Shown here in pieces: positions 22,938 through 32,984 of a stretch of 64,000 nucleotides of DNA. The stretch lies in the IMG/VR virus record IMGVR_UViG_3300031566_000003; one strand, written 5' to 3'. The notes beneath the pieces were generated by a model that had not been told where the DNA came from, searched no databases, and saw nothing but the letters and a program-made list of their open reading frames with translations. Both the position numbers and the translations under genes were made by a program. Origin of the DNA: a virus. The first letter of the stretch is position 1, and every line of letters begins with the position of its first letter.

Positions 22938-23375
22938 ATGGTGGAAGATATTAGGAAAAAGTTCTATGATGAACTCAAAACAAAATTGGAAGCAGCAGGG
23001 ATTAAAGCTATCATCAAATGCGGTGGTCCTGTGAATGGGGAAGTAATTAAACTGAATGGAATAGCTTTATTCAAAGTTCTTAAAATTGCTAATCCATTCA
23101 AGCATAGAGGAGTAGCAATTTATCGTAAGCTTTCAGATTCCGCAATCCAAGCTCTAAGGGGCAAAAGAGCAAAAGGAAAAAATGATTGGGTTGGAGCTCC
23201 TTTAACAGAAGAGAACTATGATGAAATGATGAAAATTTTATTTCACATTGCTGTTCAAAGTAACAGAATCCGCAATGCAAAAATGCGGACAGCCTCTGAA
23301 AGAATGGCAATAGAAAACTTTGCTATTTTAGAATCAGAAAAAGCAGCAGTCACACCCAAGAAAAAAAGAATTTAA
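22938..23375 (+). CDS. hypothetical basic protein (145 aa)
   Basis: GAGGAGG SD. Confidence 0.7.
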   Translation: MVEDIRKKFYDELKTKLEAAGIKAIIKCGGPVNGEVIKLNGIALFKVLKIANPFKHRGVAIYRKLSDSAIQALRGKRAKGKNDWVGAPLTEENYDEMMKILFHIAVQSNRIRNAKMRTASERMAIENFAILESEKAAVTPKKKRI

Positions 23376-23389
23376 ACAGGAGATATACA

Positions 23390-23848
23390 ATGAAAAAAGG
23401 ACTATACAAAAGACAAATCTGGTCAAAATTAAGAAAAGTTACTCCAGGTCGCCCCCTGGATCCCACAAAAATCTCTAAAGTTATCGGCTGCACATTAATT
23501 CATGTAACTTCCATTCTTAAAAGTTCAAGAGATGCAGGATTTCTAAGCATTAACAATCTGGGCAACTATGTTGTGGTCCATCTTCCATCAGACTATGAAG
23601 AGTTTGATCAGCAAACTAGAATTAAAGCTCGTTCATACCGCAGCGCAATCAAGAATAAAGGTGTTCATAAACTCAAAGGTCCTGGAACAGAAATAATCCC
23701 ACAAAAAATTGAAGTCACAAAAGAAAATATTCTCACGATCATGGCAAAAATCATAGAAGAAAAAGAGGATCTAGAACGCAAGTATAACAATCTAATGATA
23801 TATGCTAAAAAGCTAAAGAAAAAACTTGCTTCGGGAGTTAGAAAGTGA
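23390..23848 (+). CDS. hypothetical protein (152 aa)
   Basis: Packed ORF. Confidence 0.65.
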   Translation: MKKGLYKRQIWSKLRKVTPGRPLDPTKISKVIGCTLIHVTSILKSSRDAGFLSINNLGNYVVVHLPSDYEEFDQQTRIKARSYRSAIKNKGVHKLKGPGTEIIPQKIEVTKENILTIMAKIIEEKEDLERKYNNLMIYAKKLKKKLASGVRK

Positions 23849-24654
23849 CCACAAAAAAATTGGAATGGCGCGTAGAATTTGAAAAAGGAATAAATGAAAA
23901 AAGCGCAACAGAACTTCTAGATTTTATATGGAACTATTTAGAAAAATTCAATGATCCAATAATGAGAAATAAAGTAGACAGAGCCATTGCTATCCGGAGA
24001 GTTGACAAAACTTTCATAGAAATGGCAAAGAAAAGAAAAGAAAACTTTTCACAAGACGAAATAAATAATCCATTAGAAGGGTATTGTCCCAAATATCGTC
24101 GTCTTTTGACCAGAATGATTTCAAGGCTATGCGAAGATGATGGACTCAGAAAGGATAATGAAATATTGGCAGACATGCTTAAATTCTATATCACTTGGGG
24201 ATATTTAACTTCCAAACAGAAAGGCTTTGCCAGTTTCCTAACAAAAGGAACAACTGAACGTGCTACTGAATTATCTGACTCAACCCGCGAAAAAATATCT
24301 AATATCGTCAATGACCTTGTCCTTGTTCATATTTCTCCTTCTGTCTTCAAGACCTACAAAGTTGATAAAACGGAGGCTATAATTGCATTAAGAAATTTGA
24401 TTCCTGAATATCGGGAGATTCTAGAATCAGGAGGAGGAGGAAGAAGAGAAAAAGGAGCATACGGCTTCAGCTTCCCATACGGGCGCGGTGAGCGCCCGTT
24501 TAAAGATGAAACAAATTTTGAAGATCTAGATAGTGATGAAGAATATCAAAAAAGTCTACCCGAACTTGAACTTAAAAAGAAGCCAGTAAGGAAAATATTA
24601 ACTCTGGCAGAATGGAGGAAGAGATTAATAATTTCTGAAGATTCTGAAAACTAA
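23845..24654 (+). CDS. hypothetical protein (269 aa)
   Basis: 4-nt overlap with the upstream gene. Confidence 0.7.
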   Translation: MTTKKLEWRVEFEKGINEKSATELLDFIWNYLEKFNDPIMRNKVDRAIAIRRVDKTFIEMAKKRKENFSQDEINNPLEGYCPKYRRLLTRMISRLCEDDGLRKDNEILADMLKFYITWGYLTSKQKGFASFLTKGTTERATELSDSTREKISNIVNDLVLVHISPSVFKTYKVDKTEAIIALRNLIPEYREILESGGGGRREKGAYGFSFPYGRGERPFKDETNFEDLDSDEEYQKSLPELELKKKPVRKILTLAEWRKRLIISEDSEN

Positions 24655-24742
24655 AAAGAGCAAAAAAAAAGCTTTATTTCTCTAATTCAATATAGTATAT
24701 AGCACATAGCATTAAATAATAAATGTAAGGAGGCAACAAGAG

Positions 24743-24991
24743 ATGGCATACGAACCAGAAAAAGAAAAAGAAATCCGAACAGAGGAAGTTGAATTCAATT
24801 CAACTTATGCAGCCAGAGGAAAATTGTATACTTACGGCGGAGGAGAACCGAAATTTAAAATACTTTTCGTAACAAAGAGACGAAACGGTACTTCTTTTTT
24901 CACATCCAAAATGCCAGCTATCACGACTCAAGAAGAAGCACAGAAGCTCAAAGCCCTACTGACTTCTTTTGAAGGAGAACTCAAAAAATGA
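24743..24991 (+). CDS. hypothetical protein (82 aa)
   Basis: AAGGAGG SD. Confidence 0.6.
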   Translation: MAYEPEKEKEIRTEEVEFNSTYAARGKLYTYGGGEPKFKILFVTKRRNGTSFFTSKMPAITTQEEAQKLKALLTSFEGELKK

Positions 24992-25758
24992 CGGAAAAAT
25001 TCCGGAGCATTTTTAAAAACAGAGGAGAAGAACAGGCTTGCGAAGGGAATTATACTGAAGAACGAACCGAATGCGATTTATGCCTAGACAATATTCCGTG
25101 CTTCATAAAGACTCTAGAAGCTGCAAGTGAGCACTGCTTAGTTAGAACTCTGGAAAGCGGAAGCGAAAGTTGCGCAGACTCTACAAGATATAGCCCCTGC
25201 TCTATTGCAAAAAGAAAACGATGCAATAACATCTTATGGCTAAAGCAAAAAACAAAACAGAAAGAATGTTTTGGCCTACCTATCATGTCTGAAGAATGCT
25301 GCCTCTGTATGCAATTTAATCAATGTGAAGAAGCAAGTATCATTGTAGCTAATTTAGAACGCAGCTATAAAGAAGCAGTATCAAAACTTGAAGAACAACT
25401 TGAAGAATTAAAAGCTGAAGAAAGTTGCCTTGGAAATTTTAACTTTTTAGAAATATGCTGGAAAGAATGTGAACTTGCCATCCGGTGTAGACGCATAAAG
25501 GGAATAATTCCTTCTAAAGAATGTATTTATTTCAATACTGCTTCTGATGAAGAAAATTTTGATCATGCAAACGAAAATTGCCTAACATGTATGTCTTCAG
25601 AATATTGCCAAAAACTCGCAGATGAAGTAAAAGCTGAAATTATAGATTTAATAAAAACTACTAAGATATTTAAAGGCTTCTTTAGACTAGATGAATTAAG
25701 AGGAGCAATGGTATCCGAAGAGGAGGAAGAGCCGGATGGCACCCAGGAGACCACATAG
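24988..25758 (+). CDS. hypothetical Cys-rich acidic protein (256 aa)
   Basis: ATGA overlap with the upstream gene; many Cys pairs. Confidence 0.65.
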   Translation: MTEKFRSIFKNRGEEQACEGNYTEERTECDLCLDNIPCFIKTLEAASEHCLVRTLESGSESCADSTRYSPCSIAKRKRCNNILWLKQKTKQKECFGLPIMSEECCLCMQFNQCEEASIIVANLERSYKEAVSKLEEQLEELKAEESCLGNFNFLEICWKECELAIRCRRIKGIIPSKECIYFNTASDEENFDHANENCLTCMSSEYCQKLADEVKAEIIDLIKTTKIFKGFFRLDELRGAMVSEEEEEPDGTQETT

Positions 25759-26257
25759 TAGGCGAGCAAAGAAAACAATTTTCTCCCCAAAAAAGAAATT
25801 AGATTCAGAGACTAAAGAATTCTTCTCAAGCGAAACTAAAAAAATAATAACAGAAATAGCAGACGCAAATGACGAATTAAGTAAGATTGCGGAGGATCCC
25901 AAAGAAGATGATGATGATGAAATAGTAGAAATAGATGAAGATATGGATGAAGATGCGGATGAAGAGGAGGATGAGGATGAAGTAAAATATAATGATGAAG
26001 ATGAAGAAGACTTCGGTGTCGATGATTCAGCATCTAAAAAAGAAGAAGATAAAAAACATTCAAATACCGTAACACTTAAACTCTCAGAAGACACAGCATT
26101 GAAAATCAACCAAGAATCTTCTGTAGAAATAAAAAGAAATATCAGAGGAGATGTAGAATTCACAGTTAAGGTTTTTGGCAGAAACGAAACACGAACCACG
26201 ATACTGGCAACAAAAATCTTTGACGAACTAGACAAAAAGTACACAGAGAGAAAATAA
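25736..26257 (+). CDS. hypothetical protein with a poly-D/E tract (173 aa)
   Basis: Packed ORF. The Ser-rich antisense ORF is an artefact of the GAA/GAT repeats. Confidence 0.6.
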   Translation: MAPRRPHSRRAKKTIFSPKKKLDSETKEFFSSETKKIITEIADANDELSKIAEDPKEDDDDEIVEIDEDMDEDADEEEDEDEVKYNDEDEEDFGVDDSASKKEEDKKHSNTVTLKLSEDTALKINQESSVEIKRNIRGDVEFTVKVFGRNETRTTILATKIFDELDKKYTERK

Positions 26258-26258
26258 A

Positions 26259-26675
26259 ATGGCTAGATTAATATTACCAGTTCGCATAACAAGCGAAAAT
26301 AAAAGAGTTCACGTGGTGGATAGCGTGGAAATAGAATGTTCAAGTGCAGATTGCTTTTTTTGCAAGCAGAATTTAGAAACCGCCTTCATCGCTTGGGAGT
26401 TTTCAATACCAATTCCTCTACCTCCTGTGGGGAAAAAATATAAAAGTCTTCTACGTCAAAACAGTAGAGGAAAAACTGTTCAAGAAATTTGTTATACTTG
26501 CCAAAAAATTCCTTGCTATTTCTGCAAAAGAGCACAATGTAAAGAATGGCATAAAGAGGAAGCTAGAAAAGGACAAGAGCAAGGGTGTTCGGGGTGGGAA
26601 AGTGGAAGATGTAAAAAATTCATCTGCAAAAAAGCTTTAATAAAGACGAATTGGCATGATCCATTAGTCCAATAG
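26259..26675 (+). CDS. hypothetical Cys-rich protein (138 aa)
   Basis: Starts 1 nt after the previous stop. Confidence 0.6.
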   Translation: MARLILPVRITSENKRVHVVDSVEIECSSADCFFCKQNLETAFIAWEFSIPIPLPPVGKKYKSLLRQNSRGKTVQEICYTCQKIPCYFCKRAQCKEWHKEEARKGQEQGCSGWESGRCKKFICKKALIKTNWHDPLVQ

Positions 26676-26759
26676 ACTAGTGATATCAATGCTTTTTTAC
26701 TTTAACTCCTTGCTCAGTATGTTATTATTTATAAAATAAAGTGTTATGGGAGCAAGGAC

Positions 26760-27425
26760 ATGAAGGTATTGAAAGACCCAAGTATAGAAGCAACATGGCC
26801 CTTCCAGGAAATGCTTGAAGAAATTCAAGCAAAACTAGCCCACATAGATAAAAAACTATTTCAAGCAATTCACGCTGCTCTCCTAAAAGATGAAATAATT
26901 CAAAAGGAACAAAAGATATGGTTTACGCCAGATTTCTGGTCTTCAGAAGATTGGAGAATTCGCCTTCAGAGTATCAACTGCATAACTGAAAGCGGAATAG
27001 TTAAAGAAGAAGAAAAAATAACAGACTTTACTGGCAGACTTTTTGTCTTATACCACGGTGTAATTCTAGAACCTTCCTTTAAATTTTCCTACGAAAGTAA
27101 AACAAATGAACTACTTCTGGACTTAAGAACAATAACCAAAGTTCTAGCAGACCGCGCAGCTTTAGAAAAATCAGTATCTATGGACGAAAAGTTCCAAGAA
27201 ACATTAAAAACCTATGACTTAGAACAACAACACAGTCTTAGAAAAATTCTAGAAAAAACTGGTCCAATGTTTACACAACTTGGCTTCAGTAAGGATGAAG
27301 CAAATGTCATGGTTTTAGGAGCAATTGCACATGATGAATACACAGCAGACATGCAGCCAGAAAATGTTGTAGGTCTGGCACTTAAGATCAGAGGGCAAAA
27401 CATGGCCCCTTCTTCTAACAAATAG
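26760..27425 (+). CDS. hypothetical protein (221 aa)
   Basis: Long ORF on the block strand. Confidence 0.7.
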   Translation: MKVLKDPSIEATWPFQEMLEEIQAKLAHIDKKLFQAIHAALLKDEIIQKEQKIWFTPDFWSSEDWRIRLQSINCITESGIVKEEEKITDFTGRLFVLYHGVILEPSFKFSYESKTNELLLDLRTITKVLADRAALEKSVSMDEKFQETLKTYDLEQQHSLRKILEKTGPMFTQLGFSKDEANVMVLGAIAHDEYTADMQPENVVGLALKIRGQNMAPSSNK

Positions 27426-27511
27426 AGTGTTACATTGTAGTAGGTCAAAAAGGGGTAGATAGTTGTTATTTGGGCATAAATTATTAACTTTATTTAAGAA
27501 ATTTTTTTACT

Positions 27512-27541
27512 TGCTTTCTTTAATATTGGCAGTGTATAAAT
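27512..27541 (+). promoter_or_regulatory. sigma70-like promoter TTGCTT-18-TATAAA
   Basis: -35 at 27512-27517 and -10 at 27536-27541, T-tract upstream. Confidence 0.5.
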
Positions 27542-27597
27542 AGGTAACTTTAAAGGCACCAGGCATCCACCCACCAGCAGGAAAGACGAGGCACAGC

Positions 27598-28638
27598 ATG
27601 GGGAAAAAGCTAAAAATCGGCAGGGCTAAAGTTGAAATTCAGTCGTATAAGGATGGCGCATGTGTTCATTTCGGTAAGAAACGGTGCATGTGTTTCAACC
27701 CCAAAATCAAAGAAAAGCAAAAAGCAATTTTTACCAAGACTCCTTCCAAGGCATGTAAGGGAATAGATGAAGAATGCGCATATTACGCAGGGCATTCTCC
27801 TTTCGTGCCAGAATATGATAACCAATATCTTCTCCCGTCATTTGAAAGTGAAGTTCTTGCCTTTGCCCTTCAGGGCGGAGGAAACCTTCTTATGGTCGGG
27901 CCTCCCGGAACAGGTAAAACTTCCCTCGTAAAACAGATCGCAGCGATATGCAATTGGGGAGTTGAGCAATATGATTGCTCAGAGGAAACGAGTTCGGCTA
28001 AAATCATTGGGCAATGGATAGCTGTAGGAAAGGAAATGCAATGGATAGATGGGCACATTACTACTGCTATGCGCAAAGGTCTTATCCTACTTGAAGATGA
28101 AGTAGATTTCATGCGCCCTGAACTACGTGGAGAAATCCATGGAGTTATGGAAAACAGAGGAACTATTTCCCTTACCACCATCCATGTAGAAACAGGCCAA
28201 CCCTTCAGAGAATTAGTTACCAAACATCCATCTTTTAGATGGGTAAGCACCGCAAACACAGTCGGGTATGGAGATGACCTGTTTGCTTTTCATGGCACAC
28301 AGTATATGAATGCAGCAAGCAGAGATAGATATGAAATAATTATGAATGTTGGATACAAAACCCGCGATGAAGAAGTAGAAATTCTTAACGTAAAAACAGG
28401 CATTGAAAAAACAATTGCCGGACAAATGGTAGAAGTAGCTAATCTCTGCCGTAATGAAAAAGACCACGATATGGTTTTTCAATTTTCCTTACGAAGGTTA
28501 TTATCTTGGGCGAAATACTGGCAATTAATCCCTAAAGAAGAAGCCAGTCAACTAGCTGTCTTAAATTACTGCAATATGACAGATAGACATACCGTTAAGA
28601 GTCTCATTCGGACTCACCTTAATGTTGAGGTAGATTAG
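27598..28638 (+). CDS. cobS: AAA+ ATPase, CobS/MoxR-like
   Basis: Walker A (GPPGTGKTS), Walker B (LILLEDEVD) and an AAA_5-like layout. Paired with a VWA protein as in phage cobS/cobT loci. Confidence 0.7.
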   Translation: MGKKLKIGRAKVEIQSYKDGACVHFGKKRCMCFNPKIKEKQKAIFTKTPSKACKGIDEECAYYAGHSPFVPEYDNQYLLPSFESEVLAFALQGGGNLLMVGPPGTGKTSLVKQIAAICNWGVEQYDCSEETSSAKIIGQWIAVGKEMQWIDGHITTAMRKGLILLEDEVDFMRPELRGEIHGVMENRGTISLTTIHVETGQPFRELVTKHPSFRWVSTANTVGYGDDLFAFHGTQYMNAASRDRYEIIMNVGYKTRDEEVEILNVKTGIEKTIAGQMVEVANLCRNEKDHDMVFQFSLRRLLSWAKYWQLIPKEEASQLAVLNYCNMTDRHTVKSLIRTHLNVEVD

Positions 28639-28701
28639 GAGGACAAAATCTAACCTTTATAGTATTATGCCACATACGCGCAATGGGAAAGGGAAACCAA
28701 A

Positions 28702-30786
28702 ATGTCAAGTGATTTGCAAACTTCGTATGAACGCCTTGCTCGCATGTATACTAAAAAGTCAGGCATTGAAGTCATCGTTAAAGGAGATACCTTCTTTACT
28801 GATAAAGATAGAATAATTGTCGCCGAAATTCCCGAAGAACTAAATAAAGAATTAAGAGATCCTAGTCTCGCCGGATTATTGCATGAATGCATGGAAGTTA
28901 AACATACTAAATTTTTGTCCCTCCGTGAAGCGTTCAAGAACCCGAAGTTCTTGAAATACAAAGGACTATATAACAACATTAATGATAGTAGACTATATAA
29001 ACTTGGCCTAAGAGAATATCCAGGATATAAAGGACTTCAAAAAGCAGGACTTACATTCATTAGAGATATTCTTCTTATTCCCACCTTAGATGAATGCGCC
29101 CCCCCAGAAAAAAGAGTAAATATTGATCTAGCTAGTCTTTTAGGAATATGTATCCATTACCGAATATCGGAAATGGAAACAGATTTCTTGCCAAAAACTG
29201 TAAATGAAATGGCAGACATAACACAATCCATTTGGGAAAATGTCAGATGGAAAGCAGGTCATGAAGGTTCAATTCAAGCAGATAAAATAACTGACCAGAT
29301 TCTCCAAAAACTCAAAGACTTTTTTGAAGATTATAAAAAAGAAAAAGGAAAGGAAGGAGAAAAGGGAGAAAAAGGAGAAGGAGAAGAAAAAGGAGGAGAA
29401 GCAGAAGAAGAAGGAGAAAAGAAAGGAGAAGGAGGAGATGAAGAAGGAGAAGGGGAAGATGAAGATAAAGGAGAAATGGGAAAAGTAGGAGGGAAAGGAG
29501 GAGAAAAAGGAGAAAAAGAAGAGGATGATGAGGAAGAAGATGAGGAAGAAGAAGATGAGGAAAGTGAAAAAAGTGGCGAAAGCGGGGAAGGGGATGAAGG
29601 AGAAGAAGGAGAAGGAGAAGGAAAAAGGGGTGCAGATAAAGGTTCAGGCTATGATGGCAAAAATCTTGAAAAAGATTTAGAAAAAATACTTAACCCAACA
29701 GAATTATCCTCTGACGATTCTGACTTTGAAAAGCCATTGATCCTATCTGAAGGATTAATGCAAATGCTGACAGATGAAATTGGCAGAAGAGTTCAAAACT
29801 GGAACAGTGACCGAGAAAAACATATTCCTCACCCAAGAATTCTTATATATGATGTAGAAGAACATATTGACAATCCTTTCAAGAATAGATTAGTTAACGA
29901 TACTACCGAGACCCAAATCAAAGTTTTAGAAAAGAAACATGCCGACATAGTTGCCAAAATAGATAAAGAAGTAGAAAGACTAAAGACAAAAATTTTGCCA
30001 CTACTTATTTCAGAAAAAAGATCAAGCTATTTATTTGAACAAAGCGAAGGCATAATTGATGATGCCTATATCTACAAACTTCTTTTAGGAAATGGTAAAA
30101 TCTACAAAAGAAAAATTCCCGGAAGAAAAGTAAATACTGCTGTGACTATACTTAACGATGTATCTGGCTCAATGGGTGGAAGAAAAATAGATATGTTAAG
30201 ACCAACCTTACTTTCTATTTCAGATGCCCTCTTTGCACTTAAAATTCCCTTTGAAATTTTAACCTTTACAACCGCTGAACTTGAGGCCGAAAGTTCAAAA
30301 GAAGTCTTTAAGCTACAGAGTGAATATGAAAGAATGTGTGCCCATTACCGATATAATCGGGTAGAACCTGTAGAACATATTATAGTGAAAGCCTTTAATG
30401 AAAATTATTATAATGTGCGCAAGCTAATCCCTTTAATTCAAGCCAGAAGAAATAACTTTGACAATGAAGCTATAGTCTGGGCAGCAAAAAGATTAGCAGA
30501 ACGCAGAGAAGAGAGAAAAATACTTTTTGTTCTCAGTGATGGTATGCCGAGTGCAGCTTATACTGATGATAACTTACTTGAAAAAGACCTTAAAGAACAA
30601 ATACGTAAGATAGAAAGAAGCGGAATTGAAGTTATAGGCATTGGCCTAATAGACAATTCAGTTCGTAAATTTTATCCCACATTTGAAATAATAAGCGAGA
30701 CAAGCCATATATCCGCAAAAGTATACAAAGCGCTCCTAATGAAACTGAAAAATAATTATAATAATAGAGAAAGGCAACGCAGATGA
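28702..30786 (+). CDS. cobT: CobT-like VWA-domain protein with a long acidic E/G/K insert
   Basis: MIDAS motif DVSGSMGG followed by a VWA-like region (FVLSDGMP). A central low-complexity acidic tract of about 110 aa. Confidence 0.65.
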   Translation: MSSDLQTSYERLARMYTKKSGIEVIVKGDTFFTDKDRIIVAEIPEELNKELRDPSLAGLLHECMEVKHTKFLSLREAFKNPKFLKYKGLYNNINDSRLYKLGLREYPGYKGLQKAGLTFIRDILLIPTLDECAPPEKRVNIDLASLLGICIHYRISEMETDFLPKTVNEMADITQSIWENVRWKAGHEGSIQADKITDQILQKLKDFFEDYKKEKGKEGEKGEKGEGEEKGGEAEEEGEKKGEGGDEEGEGEDEDKGEMGKVGGKGGEKGEKEEDDEEEDEEEEDEESEKSGESGEGDEGEEGEGEGKRGADKGSGYDGKNLEKDLEKILNPTELSSDDSDFEKPLILSEGLMQMLTDEIGRRVQNWNSDREKHIPHPRILIYDVEEHIDNPFKNRLVNDTTETQIKVLEKKHADIVAKIDKEVERLKTKILPLLISEKRSSYLFEQSEGIIDDAYIYKLLLGNGKIYKRKIPGRKVNTAVTILNDVSGSMGGRKIDMLRPTLLSISDALFALKIPFEILTFTTAELEAESSKEVFKLQSEYERMCAHYRYNRVEPVEHIIVKAFNENYYNVRKLIPLIQARRNNFDNEAIVWAAKRLAERREERKILFVLSDGMPSAAYTDDNLLEKDLKEQIRKIERSGIEVIGIGLIDNSVRKFYPTFEIISETSHISAKVYKALLMKLKNNYNNRERQRR

Positions 30787-31652
30787 AGCTAAGAAAAAAG
30801 AAAAAAGCCTCTCAAGTTCAAGCTGACAATCTTGGCGCAAAGCTTACAGTTTTAAGTAATGAAGAAGCTGAAAAGCTTTTAAAGAAATATTCTAAACAAA
30901 TCATGTTTGAATGTAGAAAAAGAAGTTATATTCCAAGCATGGATCTGGATGACCTGATGCAGGAATGTAAAATTAGGATCCTTGCAGGTTATCATTTATT
31001 TGACCCAGAAAGAGCAAGCGAATATACTTGGGTTATGAATGTTATAATTAAAACTCTTGATGGAATTTGGAACCATGCTCTCAAACCAATAAGAGCTTGC
31101 CACATTCTCTCAGAGATAGATGGAGAAGAAATTCCAGTATACAATTATAGCTTCAGTGAAGTAAGAGATCTTCAAGACCAAACATATTCTATTGAAGATA
31201 ATTATGTCGGCACACCAGATGGAAGACCTGCTTTTGGAACTACGCCAGAGACTCCAGAAGAAAGCTTTTTTTTATTTTCAATTTTAAGCTATCTTAAATC
31301 CCACCTGAATTCAGAAACATACCAATATATCCACAACAAAATCTTCCCCGACAAAACACTAATGGAAATTTTAGAATTAGATAGACGTATAAAAAGTGAA
31401 TTACAAGAAGAAGGACATGATCATTTGCACGAAAAAGATATTTATGAAGTATTATGCGTTCTAGGCAATATTTCCATTAAAGAAGCAAATATGCTCGCAG
31501 ATACAGCAAAAATAATGATATGCGGTCTAGGCTATGTAGATAGGTACATTATTGATAGAGAAGAAATGTTAAACATATTAACAGGAAAACAGATTAAAGC
31601 GCTTGAAAAAGATTTAAAAGCAAAAAAGCTACAAAGCAGGGATCTTTATTAA
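30783..31652 (+). CDS. sigma-70 family-like protein (region 2-like)
   Basis: DLDDLMQECKIRILAGYHLFDPERASEYTWVMNVIIKTL resembles sigma region 2 (DL.QEG...L....FD.....F.TY....I). Motif-level only. Confidence 0.4.
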   Translation: MKLRKKKKASQVQADNLGAKLTVLSNEEAEKLLKKYSKQIMFECRKRSYIPSMDLDDLMQECKIRILAGYHLFDPERASEYTWVMNVIIKTLDGIWNHALKPIRACHILSEIDGEEIPVYNYSFSEVRDLQDQTYSIEDNYVGTPDGRPAFGTTPETPEESFFLFSILSYLKSHLNSETYQYIHNKIFPDKTLMEILELDRRIKSELQEEGHDHLHEKDIYEVLCVLGNISIKEANMLADTAKIMICGLGYVDRYIIDREEMLNILTGKQIKALEKDLKAKKLQSRDLY

Positions 31653-31834
31653 AAAATATCTGGCAAAAAACCCTCTTTTACACCAAGCTGAATTTTAATC
31701 CCTAGCATCGGTATTGGAAGAATATAAAGCTGTCTACTTTTTCTATTAAAATACCAGCCAATCCAAAAATCATACCAAGCAAAAATGAATGATATTCGCA
31801 TAACAATCCTATCAAAAAAAGGGTTTACTACCAC
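31649..31834 (-). CDS. hypothetical small hydrophobic protein (non-ATG start in the track; alternative ATG 33 nt in)
   Basis: Converges on the sigma-like gene with a 4-nt overlap. Confidence 0.45.
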   Translation of the reverse strand: MVVNPFFDRIVMRISFIFAWYDFWIGWYFNRKSRQLYILPIPMLGIKIQLGVKEGFLPDIF

Positions 31835-31868
31835 TGCGCCCTAAAAAAAACAGCTTGCTCTGCACCCT

Positions 31869-31918
31869 CGAGACAACCCACACTGCAAGTCCGGCCATAA
31901 AGTGTATTATGCCATACC
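31869..31918. repeat. GC-rich conserved intergenic element, copy 3 (divergent)
   Basis: GACAACCCACACTGCA versus GACGGCCCACACTGCA of copy 1. Lies 35-85 nt upstream of the 31834 start. Confidence 0.6.
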
Positions 31919-31998
31919 TTTTAAAAATAGACGCAACAGCGCCCTAAATTAGCAAAATAGGCTTAAGCCCCTATGTTCCGGTATTTTTTAAGGCCATC

Positions 31999-32049
31999 CA
32001 GACGGCCCACAGACAATCTTTTAAAGGCAAGCCATACCTAACCATGCCC
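31999..32049. repeat. GC-rich conserved intergenic element, copy 2
   Basis: CAGACGGCCCACAGACAATCTTTTAAAGGCAAGCCATACC aligns with 12777-12829. Confidence 0.75.
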
Positions 32050-32090
32050 TAAAAGACTGATTCATCTAGATAGGTATATAAAAAAGAGCA

Positions 32091-32573
32091 CTATTGAACA
32101 GGTATATTCTTCCGATGTAGATCATTACAACTGAAAAATTCTTTCTTCTTCAATTCCTCAGCTACTAATTTCTTCCATATCCTAGGACGTGCAGCTTCAG
32201 TTTGAAAATTTTCAATATGAAAATTCAAATTTAGCCACCAAATAGGAGCCACAAGCCAACTTCTTTTATCAGCTTTCCATAATCTACTTTTAGGCCAATC
32301 AGAATAAGGAGTATGTCCGGCAATGAGCGAAAGTCCTTTCATGCCAAAGAGCTTCCATCCATACCACGTTCCTAATTCCCAATGAGCTTTTTTCTGATAA
32401 GGATCAGTTAAATAATCTAAGCCCCAAAGTCCAACATCATGAAGAAAAATACAAACAATTTCCCAGAATTTAGGCCATTCTTTGTATTCAAGTCTCCATG
32501 CAAAAAGCACCCATAAAGGATGCAAGAAAAATTGATGACAACCAAACAACAAGCTTTTTGTTCCTTCCTTCAT
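32091..32573 (-). CDS. hypothetical Trp-rich protein (160 aa)
   Basis: Long ORF on the block strand. Confidence 0.65.
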   Translation of the reverse strand: MKEGTKSLLFGCHQFFLHPLWVLFAWRLEYKEWPKFWEIVCIFLHDVGLWGLDYLTDPYQKKAHWELGTWYGWKLFGMKGLSLIAGHTPYSDWPKSRLWKADKRSWLVAPIWWLNLNFHIENFQTEAARPRIWKKLVAEELKKKEFFSCNDLHRKNIPVQ

Positions 32574-32575
32574 AG

Positions 32576-32767
32576 CTACCTCATCTTCTCAAGACCTTTA
32601 AGAACTTCTTCTTTTTCACGACGCTGAGCTTCTTCCTGCAAGAATCTAATAAGAGAACGAAGATAAGAAAGTGCAGTATGATTTTGATACATTAAATGAA
32701 CTGTTTGGATAATACCTTGCGCAGTTTGTTGTCCAGCATCTGTTGCTCTAGTCGTAGCTCCTGGCAT
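32576..32767 (-). CDS. hypothetical protein (63 aa)
   Basis: Packed ORF. Confidence 0.5.
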   Translation of the reverse strand: MPGATTRATDAGQQTAQGIIQTVHLMYQNHTALSYLRSLIRFLQEEAQRREKEEVLKGLEKMR

Positions 32768-32770
32768 ACC

Positions 32771-32980
32771 TTACTCCCATCTAACTTCAATATAAGCCTC
32801 CGGAGGCATGCGTTCATAGTCTTCGTCTTGAACTAATTTTTCAGTGATAATAGCCTTAAACCCCTGTCTTTTAAGAATCTTTAAAATCTCAAAAGCAATT
32901 TTCCATCCATCGATCTCAGTATATCTAAAACTTGAACCTAATTTGTGCCCCACCTTTTTAATCATACATTTTCCACTCAT
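32771..32980 (-). CDS. hypothetical protein (69 aa from the ATG at 32980)
   Basis: AAGGAG SD before 32980. Confidence 0.55.
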   Translation of the reverse strand: MSGKCMIKKVGHKLGSSFRYTEIDGWKIAFEILKILKRQGFKAIITEKLVQDEDYERMPPEAYIEVRWE

Positions 32981-32984
32981 TACC

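Noticed and set aside
25696-26244. Ser-rich antisense ORFs (25696-26244 and 25836-26033, and similarly 63319-63879, 63464-63679, 63557-63766 and 47807-48034).
   Set aside because: They are mirror images of GAA/GAG/GAT-rich acidic tracts in the sense genes, a classic artefact of purine-rich repeats.
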